A stretch of DNA of 64,000 nucleotides from Octopus bimaculoides (lineage: Eukaryota). A program made the translations under genes and the position numbers. A model generated the notes under the pieces. It was not told the DNA's origin. It ran no database searches and saw only the letters and a list, made by a program, of their open reading frames with translations. This document shows, one piece after another, positions 1-12,911 of the stretch; within the stretch, counting starts at the first letter, position 1; every line of letters begins with the position of its first letter. The DNA lies in assembly GCF_001194135.2 (NCBI RefSeq), contig NC_068984.1, positions 23,470,551 to 23,534,550 on the forward strand. Reading direction: 5' to 3'.

Positions 1-1269
1 AAATTTCTTATTACTTATGTGGTCTTTTAATTTTAATTTAGAAATTTACATGATTGGAGTCAATAAGTTATGAAGAGGGTCAATGATAAAAGAAATTTGC
101 CAGCCTCTGGTGTAAACAATAAACTGGTAACAAGGATATTTTCAGAGATACAAACCTTTATTAAAAATCAACAAACTTTCAGAAGACTGGCTTGATAGTT
201 TTTATTGAAGGCCCCTTCTAGAAATTTTTATTTTATTTTATTTTATTGCTAAATCAAGAGAAAGAGCAATGCTCATAATTCTTTACAGTGCCTCTAAGAT
301 TGGTGGGAGGGAGCAAGGGATCCTCAAATTGGAGACCTGACCTGAATCCTTGCAATAGACTGGACTCTGCTAAAGGTACTTAAGGACCAGGTGGCAGAGT
401 TAATACAGGTGACAAGTTAAGTCTAACCACACAGGTAAGCCCATCAAAATGCAAAAAAAAGATGGAATAACTACTGCAAGATATCCTATTTATATTCTAT
501 TAATTCAGTGAGTCCACCAACCAGGGCTAGTACTCATTTTATCAAGCTTCAGAAGATACAAGGCAAAGTTGACGATATGACTTTCTATTGAGTGAAGAGA
601 AGAAAGCAGAATGAAGATATGCAACCCTCTATCACTCTGTCTGCCTATCTTACTCTCTAACTTTATTTCTCTTTTCTCTCCTTTCTCTTCCAGCTGGGGT
701 AGCCAAGTATCTCCTTTATAGCAAGACACCTTTTACTATTCCTCTATTATACTTTAACCTTTCAACTGACACAAAGCCACTTCCCTCAATACTACTTCCA
801 CTCCCAGTCAAGGGTCTTTGTCTTGCAAGTTACTTGGTAACCCCACCAATGTTGGTGCCACATTAAAAGTACCCAGTACACTCTGTAAAGTGATAGACAT
901 TAGGAAGGGCATCCAGCTGTAGAAGCCAAGCCAAAGCAGACAATGGAGTCTGGTATAGCTCTCTGGCTCACCAGCTCCAGTCAAACTATCTAACCCAAGC
1001 CAGATTATGGATGTCAAATAATGATGATAATGATGATAACAATGACAGTGAAGTGGCTGAGTAGACAAAGTATATTTGATTGACCGAATAATGTGATGAG
1101 AGATCAGGTCTGCCACAGGCATTTCTTTAAGTCCCCAAATAACACACTTAATAAAGTAAATGCTGAAGTGCTGAAGTCAGTCAGATCAATTATACCCACT
1201 CCTTCAGAATTTGTGAACTTGATGCATTTCTTAGCAATCATTACTATCAGCTGTATTATTAGGGTATTG

Positions 1270-1649
1270 TGGAGGTGCAATGGCCTAGTGGTTAGGGCAG
1301 CAACTCGCAGTCATAGGATCGCGGTTTGATTCCCAGACAGGGCGTTGTGAGTGCTTATTGAGCGAAAACACCTAAAGCTCCACGAGGCTCCGGCAGGGGA
1401 TGGTGGCGAACCCTGCTGTACTCTTCCACCACAACTTTCTCTCATTCTTACTTCCTGTTTCTGTTGTGCCTGTAATTCAAAGGGTCAGCCTTGTCACACT
1501 GTGTCACGCTGAATATCCCCGAGAACTAAGTTACGGGTACACGTGTCTGTGGAGTGCTCAGCCACTTGCGCGTTAATTTCACGAGCAGGCTGTTCCGTTG
1601 ATCGGATCAACTGGAACCCTCGACATCATAAGCGACGGAGTGCCAACAC
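1270..1649 (+). mobile_element. tRNA-derived SINE (family C), full length with 12-bp target-site duplication
   Basis: tRNA-like head with A box (tggcctagtgg) and B box (ggtttgattccc); near-identical copy at 3488-3872; flanked by attagggtattg at 1258-1269 and 1650-1661. Confidence 0.9.
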
Positions 1650-1732
1650 ATTAGGGTATTGCATGGAAGAATAAGTGGAGCATCAAACGAAAAGATTGTG
1701 TTATTTATTTTTGTCTTTATATGCTTCAAGTA

Positions 1733-2035
1733 AAGGCACATGGCTTAGTGGCTTGGGTATTTAGATCACTACCGTAAGGTCATGAGTTCAAAAATCAGCA
1801 GTGCACTTTATTTCACATTACTCTAGTTCACTCACCTGGCAAACATGAGTAGTACCTGTATCTCAAAGGGCCAGCTTTGTCCTATTATGTGTCATGCTGA
1901 ATCTCCCTGAAAACTATGTTAAGGGTACGCATGTCTGTGGAGTGCTCAGCCACTTGCACATTAATTTCACAAACAGGCTGATTTGTTGATCGGATCAACT
2001 GGAACCCTCATCATAATAACCGATGGAGCGCCAGT
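1733..2035 (+). mobile_element. Degenerate SINE sharing the family C 3' half
   Basis: 1855-2035 aligns with the 3' half of 1270-1649 (gggccagc...gatcggatcaactggaaccctc); decayed tRNA-like head at about 1735-1790. Confidence 0.75.
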
Positions 2036-2204
2036 CTATATACTTCAGTTCACCTACTTGTGATTAATTAGTTCCAGACATTTTGATAATGTTACCTGTA
2101 ATAAACTAGCATTAGGATTTATGCACCATTTTTATGATCCTCTATGGCCTATCAAGCCATTATAAAACAAAATTGAAAATATAATTACAACAGTAATATA
2201 TTAC

Positions 2205-2529
2205 CTTTGGTTTCTATCACCCAAGATATAGGTAAAGCACAAAGAGTATATGTGATTGGTCCCCAGTTAGTGAGTAAAGCAACATTGCTAACTGTCCAAC
2301 CAAACAATTCATTAGTTGTTTGAGCAATAGGAGGCCAAGTATTCCAGTGGAGAGACTGGGTAAATGCAAAAAATGCAAACAGAAAAAGAATGTACCACCG
2401 TCTCTTATAGACTTTGAAGCTTTGTTGATTTTCATCAATGGAAGATGTTCTTGGAGTATCAGCATGGTTGCTTTCATAATTACATACAGAATTTTCCTCT
2501 TGCACAAGACTCCGACTTTCTTTATCCAT
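2205..2529 (-). CDS. SLC49A4: First coding exon of an SLC49A4/DIRC2-like MFS transporter
   Basis: MDKES...KVYKRRWYILFLFAFFAFTQSLHWNTWPPIAQ...VALLTNWGPITYTLCALPISWVIETKG matches the DIRC2 N-terminal TM1-TM2 pattern (VYxRRW...WNTWGPI...WGPI...W..DKRG). AG acceptor at 2550-2549 (exon starts 2548, so a 5' UTR exon lies further upstream), ATG at 2529, phase-1 GT donor at 2204-2203. No further exons seen in 1-2200. Confidence 0.8.
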
Positions 2530-3487
2530 CAGGAATAGCTTTGAGACTCTAAATGCAAAGAAAAAACATAGTAGTGGTGAAAGCAGCAGCAGTGGTGGTA
2601 GTAGTTTGTCGAGCTGTTCTAGCAATAAGCTACAGTAATAAATATTTTCAATCAGAAGTTAAATGAAATAACAATAAGATTATACAGCAAAGCAAGAAAA
2701 ATATTGCCTTCCTTAAGAATACACCACCCAAAATCAATCAGTGAAAGATTATATAGACCATGAATACAAGAAGGAATCAGATTATATAGGTCATGAATAC
2801 AAGGAGGTATCAGCTGCTAGAGAGATTACAAGATCTAACATCTTCCTCAGTGTTTTAATATCCACTTTCTCGTGTTTGCATGGGTCAATCAGATTTTCTA
2901 CAGCTGGATGCCCTTACTCTCACCAACCCTTACTTATTTCTAAGCAAAATAACATTTCCCTATGGTCAGATATATCTTTACAGAATATTATTAACAAATG
3001 ACATTCATTTACAATAATAACACAAAGTCAAGAGAAGGAAACACAAACATACTCACACATATATACACACACGTATACATATATAAATACATACATACAG
3101 ACATATGTATATATACATGTATTATCATCATTTAACATCGATTCTCCATACTGGCATGGGTTAGATGGTGACTATATATGTGTGTGTGTGTGTGTGTGTG
3201 CAGAGAGAGGGGGAAGGGGAGAGAGAGAGAGAGAAAAGGAAGTCATTTTATTCCACACAGGCAGAAATATAGAATAAAGAAGTTGAAAATGCACTGGGTG
3301 TCTTTAAGATGGTTTATTTTTAAATGCTTAACTGGTTTCAAAGATTTTTTCTGATTTTCAAAAGTTAAGTGAGATAGAAAGAGATGCAGCGATGCCACAA
3401 TTGTCTTGCTTCTGACCGGAGTTTAAAACTTCTGTTTTTATGGCGCAAACATGGTTCAAATTAGTATCTGTTTAGTATACAATTTAG

Positions 3488-3872
3488 TGGAGGCACAATG
3501 GTCCAGTGGTTAGGGCAGCAGACTTGCAGTCATAGGATCGCAGTTTCGATTCCCAGACCAGGCGTTGTGAGTGTTTATTGAGCGAAAACACCTAAAAGTT
3601 CCATGAGGCTCCGGCAGGGGATGGTGGCGAACCCTGCTGTACTCTTTCACCACAACTTTCTCTCACTCTTACTTCCTGTTTCTGTTGTACCTGTAATTCA
3701 AAGGGCCAGCCTTGTCACACTTTGTGTCATGCTGAATCTCCCCGAGAACTATGTTAAGGGTACACGTGTCTGTGAAGTGCTCAGCCACTTGCATGTTAAT
3801 TTCACGAGCAGGCTATTCCGTTGATCGGATCAACTGGAACCCTCAACGTCGTAACCGACGGAGTGCCAACCA
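3488..3872 (+). mobile_element. tRNA-derived SINE (family C)
   Basis: Colinear with 1270-1649; about 10-bp TSD agtatacaat at 3474-3483 and 3873-3882. Confidence 0.9.
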
Positions 3873-4934
3873 AGTATACAATATGATTAACAGAGGATGG
3901 TCAAGTGATTAGGCTCAGGAATTTTTGTAAGTTTCACACTGTAAGTTAATGTCATCATCATCATCATCATTTAACATCCGTTTTCCATGCTGACATGGGT
4001 TGGATGGTTTGACTGAAAACTGGTAAGCTAGGGAGCTACACCAAGTTCCAATCTGATTTGGCACAGTTTCTATGGCTGAATGCCCTTCCAAATGTCAACC
4101 TCTTCAAGAGTGTAGTGGGTACTTTTTATGTACCACCAGTTACAAAACACTGATATCAGCCACAACTACAGTCTCACTTGGCTTGATGGGTCTTCTTATG
4201 TGACACTATTTTTTGCACTGCAAATTAAGGATGACACAGTTGAGTGAATATATCTAGCGATGTGTCTACACATAAACAACTCCTGCCCACTCTATTACAA
4301 GACATTAAATTTAGAGAGTCTTGATTATTTGAAACTGTCATTAAATATTTTACTCAACTATATTAGCCTTAACTTACAGCAAAACATTGTCACATGGCAT
4401 TAATGCAGACATACAAAAATTTCTAAGCTATCCTCTGTCAATCAAATTGTATCCTAAACAGATATTAATTTGACCATGTTCTCTCCATGAAAATGAGAGA
4501 ATTTTCAAACTCCAGTCAGAAGCAAGACAGCTGCAGCATAACTCCATGTCTTTCTATCTCACTTAACTTTTGAAAATCAGAAAAATCTGTGAAACTGATT
4601 AAGCCTTTAAAAATAAACCATCTAAAAGACTCCCAATTAATTTTCAACCTCTTATGCTTAACTGTCAGTCTGGATAAACTTGGATTTTCAGAAAAAGAAA
4701 TCAACCAACTAATTCACACATTACAAATACGATCTGTAAGCAGAATGGCAAAACTATGCAAGACTTTTCTCAGGTTTAAAATGTGACATTGTTTTTGTCA
4801 TCTACATTCCAAAGATGTTGTTTTGTATCTTTGTTAGAAACCAGCTCCTTCTTCAGAGGAAGAATTTAAATGATTAAAAACAGAAGACACACACACACAC
4901 ACACACACATACATTGATTTCTTATTGTGGAGGG

Positions 4935-5750
4935 AATCTGTGGAAAAGGTAAACCCAGTACATTACAAAAACAAACTCACAGAAAAAGTGGTGGTACAAA
5001 TACACACCAGAAAAGGTATCAGAGAATGACAAAAATGATCATACTTTTGGGATGAAGCTATATCAGCCAAATGTTATTGTCACAAATGATTTACCAATTA
5101 TAACCGATGGAAAATACATTTTTAAAAGAAATGGAAAAACTATCCAAATTTCATGATCTAGAAATAACCAAAATGTGGTAAGTCAAAACAGAAACAATAT
5201 CTATAATATTCAATGCTTTGGGAATGATTCAATAAGATGCAGACAGTTACATATACTCAACATGCATAAAATATCAATAGTAGTAAATGACAAAATGACT
5301 ATAGTCTAGGATTTGCCAGAATGACAAAGTAACCATACTCATATTTCAATTCATAGAAAAAAGGAGATAAAGGCAAACTGACAGATGTTGTTGCCATAGA
5401 CCAATAGGAAAGGTACTATCTCTTGATCAAAGTATCAATCCTAACAGATGATAATGCATCTCAAAACAAAATGGAAAAACACTTCAAATATAAAGATCTT
5501 GAAAGTGAGATAAACAGAATGTGATTGAAAGTAGAAACAGTCCTTATAGTAACAGGTATTTTAGGAATAATTTTAAAAGAGGCAGACAAATACATAAAAG
5601 ATTTACTCGTACCATATACAGAAAAGACTGCAGGCTAAAGAAGATCAAATAACAAAAGCAATAAAATATAGCTCTACTAACACCACAATATATATTACAT
5701 AGAGTACTTTCAATTGATACAACAGACATCAACACAGAAAGAACATAGTG
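4935..5750 (+). mobile_element. Decayed 3' end of an R4/Dong-like non-LTR retrotransposon (restriction-like endonuclease domain)
   Basis: Frameshifted translation gives WYKYTPEKVSEND...EIKAN*xDVVAIDQ*ERYYLLIKVSILTDDN...EKHFKYKDLESEINRM*LKVETVLIVTGILG, matching the RLE C-terminal pattern (KWYEHxPE...RPDIV...IDV...KE.EK..KYKDL...GALG). Confidence 0.7.
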
Positions 5751-5797
5751 CACGTGTCCATTAAGCATAGAGTTGCACTTTGTTGTGCAGTGAAAGT

Positions 5798-6198
5798 ACT
5801 CTTTTACTCTTTTACTTGTTTCAGTCATTTGACTGTGGCCATGCTGGAGCACTGCCTTTTAGTCGAGCAAATCGACCCCAGGACTTATTCTTTGGAAGCC
5901 TAGTACTTATTCTATTGGTCTCTTTTGCCAAACCGCTAAGTTACGGGGACGTAAACAAACCATCATCGGTTGTCAAGCGATGTTGGGGGGGGGGACAAAC
6001 ACAGACACACACATACATATATATATACATATATACGACAGGCTTCTTTCAGTTTCAGTCTACCAAATCCACTCACAAGGCTTTGGTCGGCCCGAGGCTA
6101 TAGTAGAAGACACTTGCCCAAGGTGCCACGCAGTGGGACTGAACCCGGAACCATGTGGTTGGTAAGCAAGCTACTTACCACACAGCCACTCCTGCGCC
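5798..6198 (-). mobile_element. Bipartite tRNA-derived SINE (family A)
   Basis: Reverse complement of the 53285-53665 element: head ggcg(c/t)aggagtggctgtgtgg, internal (AT)n/(CA)n, tail ending ...gaaacaagtaaaag. Further copies near 6975, 23265, 39700, 42895, 43750, 51540 and 60920. Confidence 0.9.
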
Positions 6199-6543
6199 TA
6201 AGACTACTAAAACAATAGTAGTAATTAAAATGCTGAAGAAATTGCACAAGTATTAAACAGATTTGTTTACAGTTTCATAGGGAAATGTAACTGTAAAACT
6301 AACAACAGAATAACAAATTATAGCAAAACAAAAAAATCATGAGATAAATATTTTAGTAACTAAATATATATATGACATAATCATGTTTAGAGATTAACAA
6401 TACAGAGATGTCAACATATATCTACAACAGCAAAAGAATGAAAGGGGTTTTATGTGGCTGCTCTAACTGCAAGAAATACTAGCCAAAATCTTTTCAGATA
6501 ACAAATTCCTGTTATTTTACAAAAAAGCAAGGGCACATTAGAT

Positions 6544-6831
6544 CAGGGATTTTCAAACTGTGGTCCGTGGATCTGCAAGGGTGTCTGCAAGGAGAAGACA
6601 GGGAGTCCATGGACAGCAAATACTTTTTATGGGCAATTTGATTTTATACATGTTTTTTAATCGAAATCTTTTAATTGACAATAAACCTGTTTATTAAATA
6701 CTGTTAAATAAATAAATGTAAAAATAAATGTTATTTTAAGCAAATATTTATGTATAAATTTCATAAGCGTTTATAAAGGTAAAGCCTGAAATATAAAGGG
6801 GTCCGCAAGTCAAAAAGTTTGAAAACCCCTG
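6544..6831. mobile_element. hAT-type MITE
   Basis: TIRs cagggattttcaaact / agtttgaaaacccctg; perfect 8-bp TSD cattagat at 6536-6543 and 6832-6839. Confidence 0.9.
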
Positions 6832-7320
6832 CATTAGATAATGTCATTCTAGATACACTATGGTAGGGTCTCACATATGTAATATAGGAAGTTGATAAAA
6901 TTTGATCAGCTGAGATAATGCAAATAACAAATAGGCAAAAAATCCCTCTAAGGGTATTCAAAAAATTTTTTTTAATGAGTAGGAATGGCTGTATGGTTCT
7001 GAAACTCACTTCCCAACCTCATGGTCTCAGGTTCAGTCCCGCTACATGACATTCGCACAAGTGTCTTCTACCATAGCCCTGGGTCAATCAAAATCCTGTG
7101 AGTGGCTTTGGTAAGTGGAAATTGACAGAAACCTATCAGCAGCAGCCGCAGCACATCTATTTTCCCATGCTTGCATGCATTAACAGAGTTTATGAAGGCA
7201 GATTTTCTATGACTGGTAGCCCTTCTTGTCAACTCTTACCTGCCTCAACAAGCTTTGTTTCACCCATGCAAGCATGTAAAGTAAACTTTAAATGATGATA
7301 ATCATATATATATATATATA

Positions 7321-7724
7321 TATAACAATTAGAAAATGGAGGATAATATGCTGAACCCAACTACTTGCAGACGATGTGTCCCGTTGAATTCATTAATTTA
7401 ATTCATAGCAAAAATGACAAAAAAAGAAAGAAAGAACCAAAGCACAGGTGTCTATGGCAGACTATGTTATTTTGCCAATATAGAAGTACAAAGTACATAA
7501 GGAATTGTTTATCATCTAACTCCTTATGTACTTTGTACTTCTATATGTAAACCAGGTTGGCAAAATAACATAGTCTGCCATAGACACCTGTGCTTTGGTT
7601 CTTTCTTTCTTTTTCTTTCTTTTTTTGTCACTTTTGCTATGAATTAAATTAATGAATTCAACGGGACACATCGTCTGCAAGTAGTTGGGTTCAGCATATT
7701 ATCCTCCATTTTCTAATTGTTATA
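7321..7724. repeat. Long near-perfect inverted repeat (fold-back)
   Basis: Arm 7321-7503 is the reverse complement of 7521-7724 apart from an 11-nt insertion (7546-7556), a roughly 10-nt T/C-tract length difference and one substitution; 17-nt spacer. Confidence 0.95.
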
Positions 7725-7876
7725 CAAATTTGGGGTAAAACCTCCACTTTTACCCGCTCCCATTGATTGCACTTAGTATAGCACTAGTGTAGCAATAATT
7801 GGGTACCCTCCCAGCAGTATACTGGATAGATACTATCCCTTAGTGGGTTGAACCCCCAACCCCTAACTCTCTCACG

Positions 7877-7949
<73 letters not shown>

Positions 7950-9937
7950 CGTGTATGCATGGAAATATCAGTGTATGCCTGTCTTTATATTGTGCATCTG
8001 TGCAGTGTGAGGAAGAAAGTAGACATATAAGAGAAAGGTTTAGCATCAATTATAAAAAAGCTGTTTGTTATGTAAAGACAAGTATTTAGATTATTGGCAA
8101 AAGGTAGTTAGGTGAGTACAGAATAGTCCAGCAACAGCTCTACAAGTTATTGCTGTGATCATTAAGCTGGTCACTACTTAATATGGCAACATCTGGGTTA
8201 CTGAATTGAGGGTTTGACAGCTGTTTTGCTATCCTTATGAATGACTACTGTCCATTGCTGCTATGTTTGCTGTAACTACTACCACTATGACAATAATCAA
8301 AATTACTGCGACTACTAATACCTTTTCTGAAGTACTACATCTCTGGGCTGCAATTCATAGCCCTGCTTCTCTGGGTTGGGCTGCAAGTCATAACCCTGCT
8401 TCTCTGGGTTGGGCTGCATACCTGACAACTACTGGTACTAATACCAGTTGGTAAGCTCTGCCTCCAAGGAAATTCCACTGCGATATTTTTCTTCCACATC
8501 AGCTCTTCTTAACAGCATTATTTATGAATAAAGCATCGGACTGAGTCACTGATTACTTATAAAATTGCTGATGTAGTCTGTTGATAAAGTAGGATTTTTA
8601 TCAACAGATTACACTTAATTTGAATAAATCACTGCACTAGTTATTTGATCAGAAAGTGGATGATGTTGCCAATTGAGGCAATAGATGATAACAGGCATGT
8701 CTGCTAAAGCCAGGTGGATTAATGGTTTGTTGTACCAGAAGATGTATGTCTGTTGATGAAGTAGGTGCACAAGTTGACTGGTGCAAATGAGATGATGTAG
8801 CTTGATGCAAGTCTGTCTCGTGTTAGATGGCAGTTGACAAAAGCAAACTGTCAGTTTGAGGATTTATATTCAAATCACAAGGATACCATAAATATATCAC
8901 TATGAGGTACTCACTACAAGCTAAATAACTTATATCCTTCTTGCAATCCACATTACTCTGAAGTGCTGAGATTTGCTGTTATTGCTTAATCCGAAGACAG
9001 CCCTCACCTATAAGCAAAAGTGTCCCATCCATGATCATCTCATATGTCTTTTTTAAAGGTACAGTGGTATGATTTAAAAGAGATTTGGCTTCTATTTCTA
9101 GCATAGAGTGATCACATAAAGGCTTCCTCATTCAAGTTGTTCGTATTTTTCACCTACATAGATTTTATCTGAAAATATGATTGACTAATATGATAATGGT
9201 TTTATCAATTGACAACATTCTTTTACATGGGTACAGATATCATCACATACATGAGAACATATACAAATTAATATATATAACTAGTGAAAGTTGCAACAAT
9301 ATATGTAAGTAATAAGCAATAATAATAACTACAATTGAAACACTAAATACTCGAAAGGCAAAGTCGACCTTGGCAGAATTTGAACTCAAAACATAAAACA
9401 CTAAATACTCCTTTCTATTCTAGGCACAAGGCCCGGAATTTTGGGCGAGAGGGGCCAGTCAATTTGATCGACACCAGTACGCAACAGGTACTTAATTTAT
9501 CGACCCCGAAAGGATGAAAGGCAAAGTCGACCCCAGTGGAATTTGAACTCAGAAAATAAAACACTAAATACTGAGAATAATGTTGTTCCATGGCAGCATG
9601 GAAAACAGAGGTAAAATGATAATGATGATGATGATGACGATGACAATAAAGAAGAAAGAATTTGAACTTAAGATAACAGACTTCAATGAAAGTTTGGCTT
9701 TCTGCAATGAATAGGTTGATTAGGTTGATTGAGGGAACAGAAGTTGCTTTGTTGAATCCTATTGAGGGACAGTTAAATAGGGATTAATATATTCAATGCA
9801 GAGAGCATTAATGCTAATTTGAAATGCTAATGCATTTGAGGAAAAGAGAACATTTACCTAAATTATAATATTACTTTATCCATTTAAAGCAAGTATACTA
9901 TGCTTCCAGTACATCCAACTCCACTAACAATAAGGTT

Positions 9938-10300
9938 ATCATCATCATCATCGTTTAACGTCCGCCTTCCATGCTAGCATGGGTTGGACGATTTGACTGA
10001 GGACTGGTGAACCAGATGGCTACACCAGGCTCCAATCTGATTTGGCAGAGTTTCTACAGCTGGATGCCCTTCATAACGCCAACCACTCCGAGAGTGTAGC
10101 AGGTGCTTTTACGTACCACTGGCATGAAGGCCAGTCAGACAGAACTGGCAACGGCCACGCTCAAAATGGTGTATTTTACAGGCCACCTGCACAGGAGCTA
10201 GTCCAGCGGCACTGGCAACGATCTCGCTCGAATGTCTTTACACGTGCCACCGGCACAAGTGCCAGGAAGGCGACGCTGGGCACAGGTGCCATCAAACGCT
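9938..10300 (-). mobile_element. Short interspersed repeat with RTE-like 3' tail (family D)
   Basis: (CAT)n-tailed end catcatcgtttaacgtccgc...ctacagctggatgccct; many copies (about 3960, 28975, 29730, 37190, 38930, 43080, 56390, 61680, 62140, 63000). Confidence 0.8.
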
Positions 10301-10756
10301 ATTTATCAACTACTTCTAGTGAGCCTCCTGAGTATCAGAGGGATTTTTATTTCACATGAATTCTTATCACAAAATACTCACGTGCATCTTCCACTTATGA
10401 AATTTACTTTCTCTGTGAGCCTAGATGTGATCCCATAATACCTCTTGTATGTCCATACTTTATATTGGATAAACTATGCAATCATGACTCATATCTTGAA
10501 CTGTTGTCCATCTGAAAAATGACAATCACAAGAGGTGATCACTAGAAGTGGGATCACAAATAGGTCTACACTAAATATGTTCAATGTTCAACCCATACTT
10601 AATTATCAGTTTTAAAGTAGAAAATACCTCAGTGTTTGCTTGCTTTTTTTTTATCTTAATATTTATAGAAATTACTAAAGCAAATTGGCAGAGTCATCTA
10701 AACATTCGATAGATTATTTAGTAGCATCTGTTCTGATTCTCTACACACTGAGTTAA

Positions 10757-10977
10757 CTCTTACGTTACCAACCCAGCTGAAACTGGCTCTGGTTCTGTAG
10801 TACAAATGTCTTGTTTTCAAAAGTTCTGAATTAAAATCTTCCATCAGACCTTAGTTGCAATTTATCGTCCCATCACTAGCTTAATGACAACTAAGTTATT
10901 TTACTAAATTCTTTGTTACATTTACAATTAATTGAAAGAAACACAGAGCATCTCAACATAATTCGGTAACAAAAGGG
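10757..10977. mobile_element. TTAA-specific (piggyBac-like) MITE
   Basis: ttaa|ctcttacgttacc ... ggtaacaaaaggg|ttaa; related copies at 25048-25678, about 29330-29490 and about 44930-45140. Confidence 0.75.
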
Positions 10978-12119
10978 TTAAATACCACTGAAGTCAACTT
11001 TGTCTTCCAGCCTTCCAAAGTCAGTGGCTTAAAAAGACATGTTAGAGCATCAGACAAGACACTTTACAATATCCATTCTAGCTCTTTGTGTTCTGATACC
11101 TGTGATGATACTGGTGACAAGCTGAATCAGCCTTGTGCCTCTCTATTGGTAAACATCAGTGGCACGGGTAGGGGAGATTTGTATGCATAGGCAACTGCTA
11201 ATCTTCTACAAAGTAATGCTTTCCCAGGCTCATGTTTAGAGAAGCAATCACAAAGTCAACTATGGCTGATGGAGGCCTGCCTTTAGATCTTACATGCGGT
11301 ACAAATCCTATTTGCTTCAACAGATAAAATAGTCTTAAAACACACATGCTATATTTATAAGGTAAGTAAAAAAGGAATGTGATAATGAAAAAAAAAAAAC
11401 ATATTAGGCAATGAATAATAATTGTCATCTTTATTTGAGGATAGTAAATTGATGGAATCAGTAAATGCCTTGTGGTGTTTAGTTACATCCATTTACAAAT
11501 TTAGTTCCAATCCTGTTGGGTCAACTTTGCAATTCACCCTTCTGGTGGGGTCAGTAAAATAAATACCATTCAAGTGCTGGGGTAGATGTGACCAACTATA
11601 CCCATTCCTCGAAATTTGAGGTGTTGTGCTCATGTTAGAATTTAATATTATTTTCTCATGTTTCAGATGGAAGACAGTTCAAGATATGAGTCATGAGAGA
11701 GCCACTATGTTATTTCTCAATTTGCTAGGAACAGGAGCCAAATCTCTCACAAATCACATCATACTGGACAATATAGTCTTCCACCATCATCATTATCATC
11801 ATCAATAAAACAACATCCATATTCCATACAGGCATGAGCAGGGAAATATTAAGGGATTCAATGGATCAAAAGACTGCATCATGCTACAGTGTTTGCTTTG
11901 GCATGGTTTCTATGGGTGGATGCTTTCTTAAAGCCAACCCCTTTACTGTGTATACAGTAAGCAGACATAAAATGATGATTTTGATGACGACAATGATGCT
12001 GTTGATAGTATTGGTGGTGGCGGTGGTGGTGGTGTGCGTGTGGGTGTATTTTTGTTTACCATGTTCTTTGATAGGGTGAGAAGGGAGTCACAACACAGAG
12101 TGTTGCAAGATTGCATCCA

Positions 12120-12335
12120 GACTGGCAGAAACGTTAGCACGCCGGGCGAAATGCTTGGCGGTATTTCGTCTGGCGCTACGCTCTGAGTTCAAATTCCGCC
12201 GAGGTCGACTTTGCCTTTCATCCTTTCGGGGTCGATAAACAAAGTACCAGTTACGCACTGGGACCGACTTAATCCCTTTGTCTGTCCTTGTTTGTCCCCT
12301 CTATGTTTAGCCCCTTGTGGGCAATAAAGAAATAA
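12120..12335 (+). mobile_element. tRNA-derived SINE (family B)
   Basis: ctggcagaaacgttagcacgccgggcgaaatgc...gagttcaaattccgccgaggtcgactttgcctttcatcctttcggggtcgataa; copies near 9350, 24675, 31830, 43378, 54250, 58060 and 58892. Confidence 0.9.
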
Positions 12336-12811
12336 GATTGCATCCAGACTGCTACAAGCAACACTGAGAAGTCCAGAGCAATTGTGGCAGATGAGAAATG
12401 CCAAAGAAGAAAAGAGTCATCATCATGGCCCCCACATCTGACCAAAGCCTACGTATTTGCTCCAAGTGCACCAGAGCCTGTCATTCAAGGATTGATTTAT
12501 ATTGTCACTTAAGGGCTTGCTGCACTTCCTCATGATCTTCAGACACAAAGAAATGCCATCATCATCATCATTATCATCATCATTTAATATCCGTCTTTCA
12601 TGCAGGCATGGGTAGGACAGCTGACAGGAGCTGGCCAAGGAGAAGACTACCCCAGGCTATTGTGTCTGTTTTGGCAGGGGTTTTATGATTAGATGCCCTT
12701 CCTAACACCAACCACTCCACAGAGTAGACTGATATAATATGATATGCCATATCATATCATAATATATCTATCATCATCATCATCATCATCATCATCGTTT
12801 AACGTCCGCTT

Positions 12812-12911
12812 NNNNNNNNNNNNNNNNNNNNNNNNNNNNNNNNNNNNNNNNNNNNNNNNNNNNNNNNNNNNNNNNNNNNNNNNNNNNNNNNNNNNNNNNN
12901 NNNNNNNNNNN
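12812..12911. other. Assembly gap (100 N); other gaps at 30285-30294, 53666-54226, 59256-59340 and about 62455-62924
   Basis: Runs of N, each adjacent to SINE tails or microsatellites. Confidence 0.99.

Noticed and set aside
505-729. Minus-strand 74-aa ORF as exon 2 of the SLC49A4-like gene
   Set aside because: It overlaps a decayed SINE core (tactcattttatc...ggcaaagttgac) and lacks the expected post-TM2 transporter sequence.
1270-1345. tRNA genes at SINE heads (also 3488, 12120, 36433, 53285)
   Set aside because: A/B boxes are present but there is no complete cloverleaf, and each continues into a multi-copy SINE body, with TSDs visible at 1270 and 3488.
8573-8612. 40-nt hairpin gtagtctgttgataaa/tttatcaacagattac as a pre-miRNA
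   Set aside because: The 16-bp AT-rich stem is too short for a canonical precursor and has no other support.
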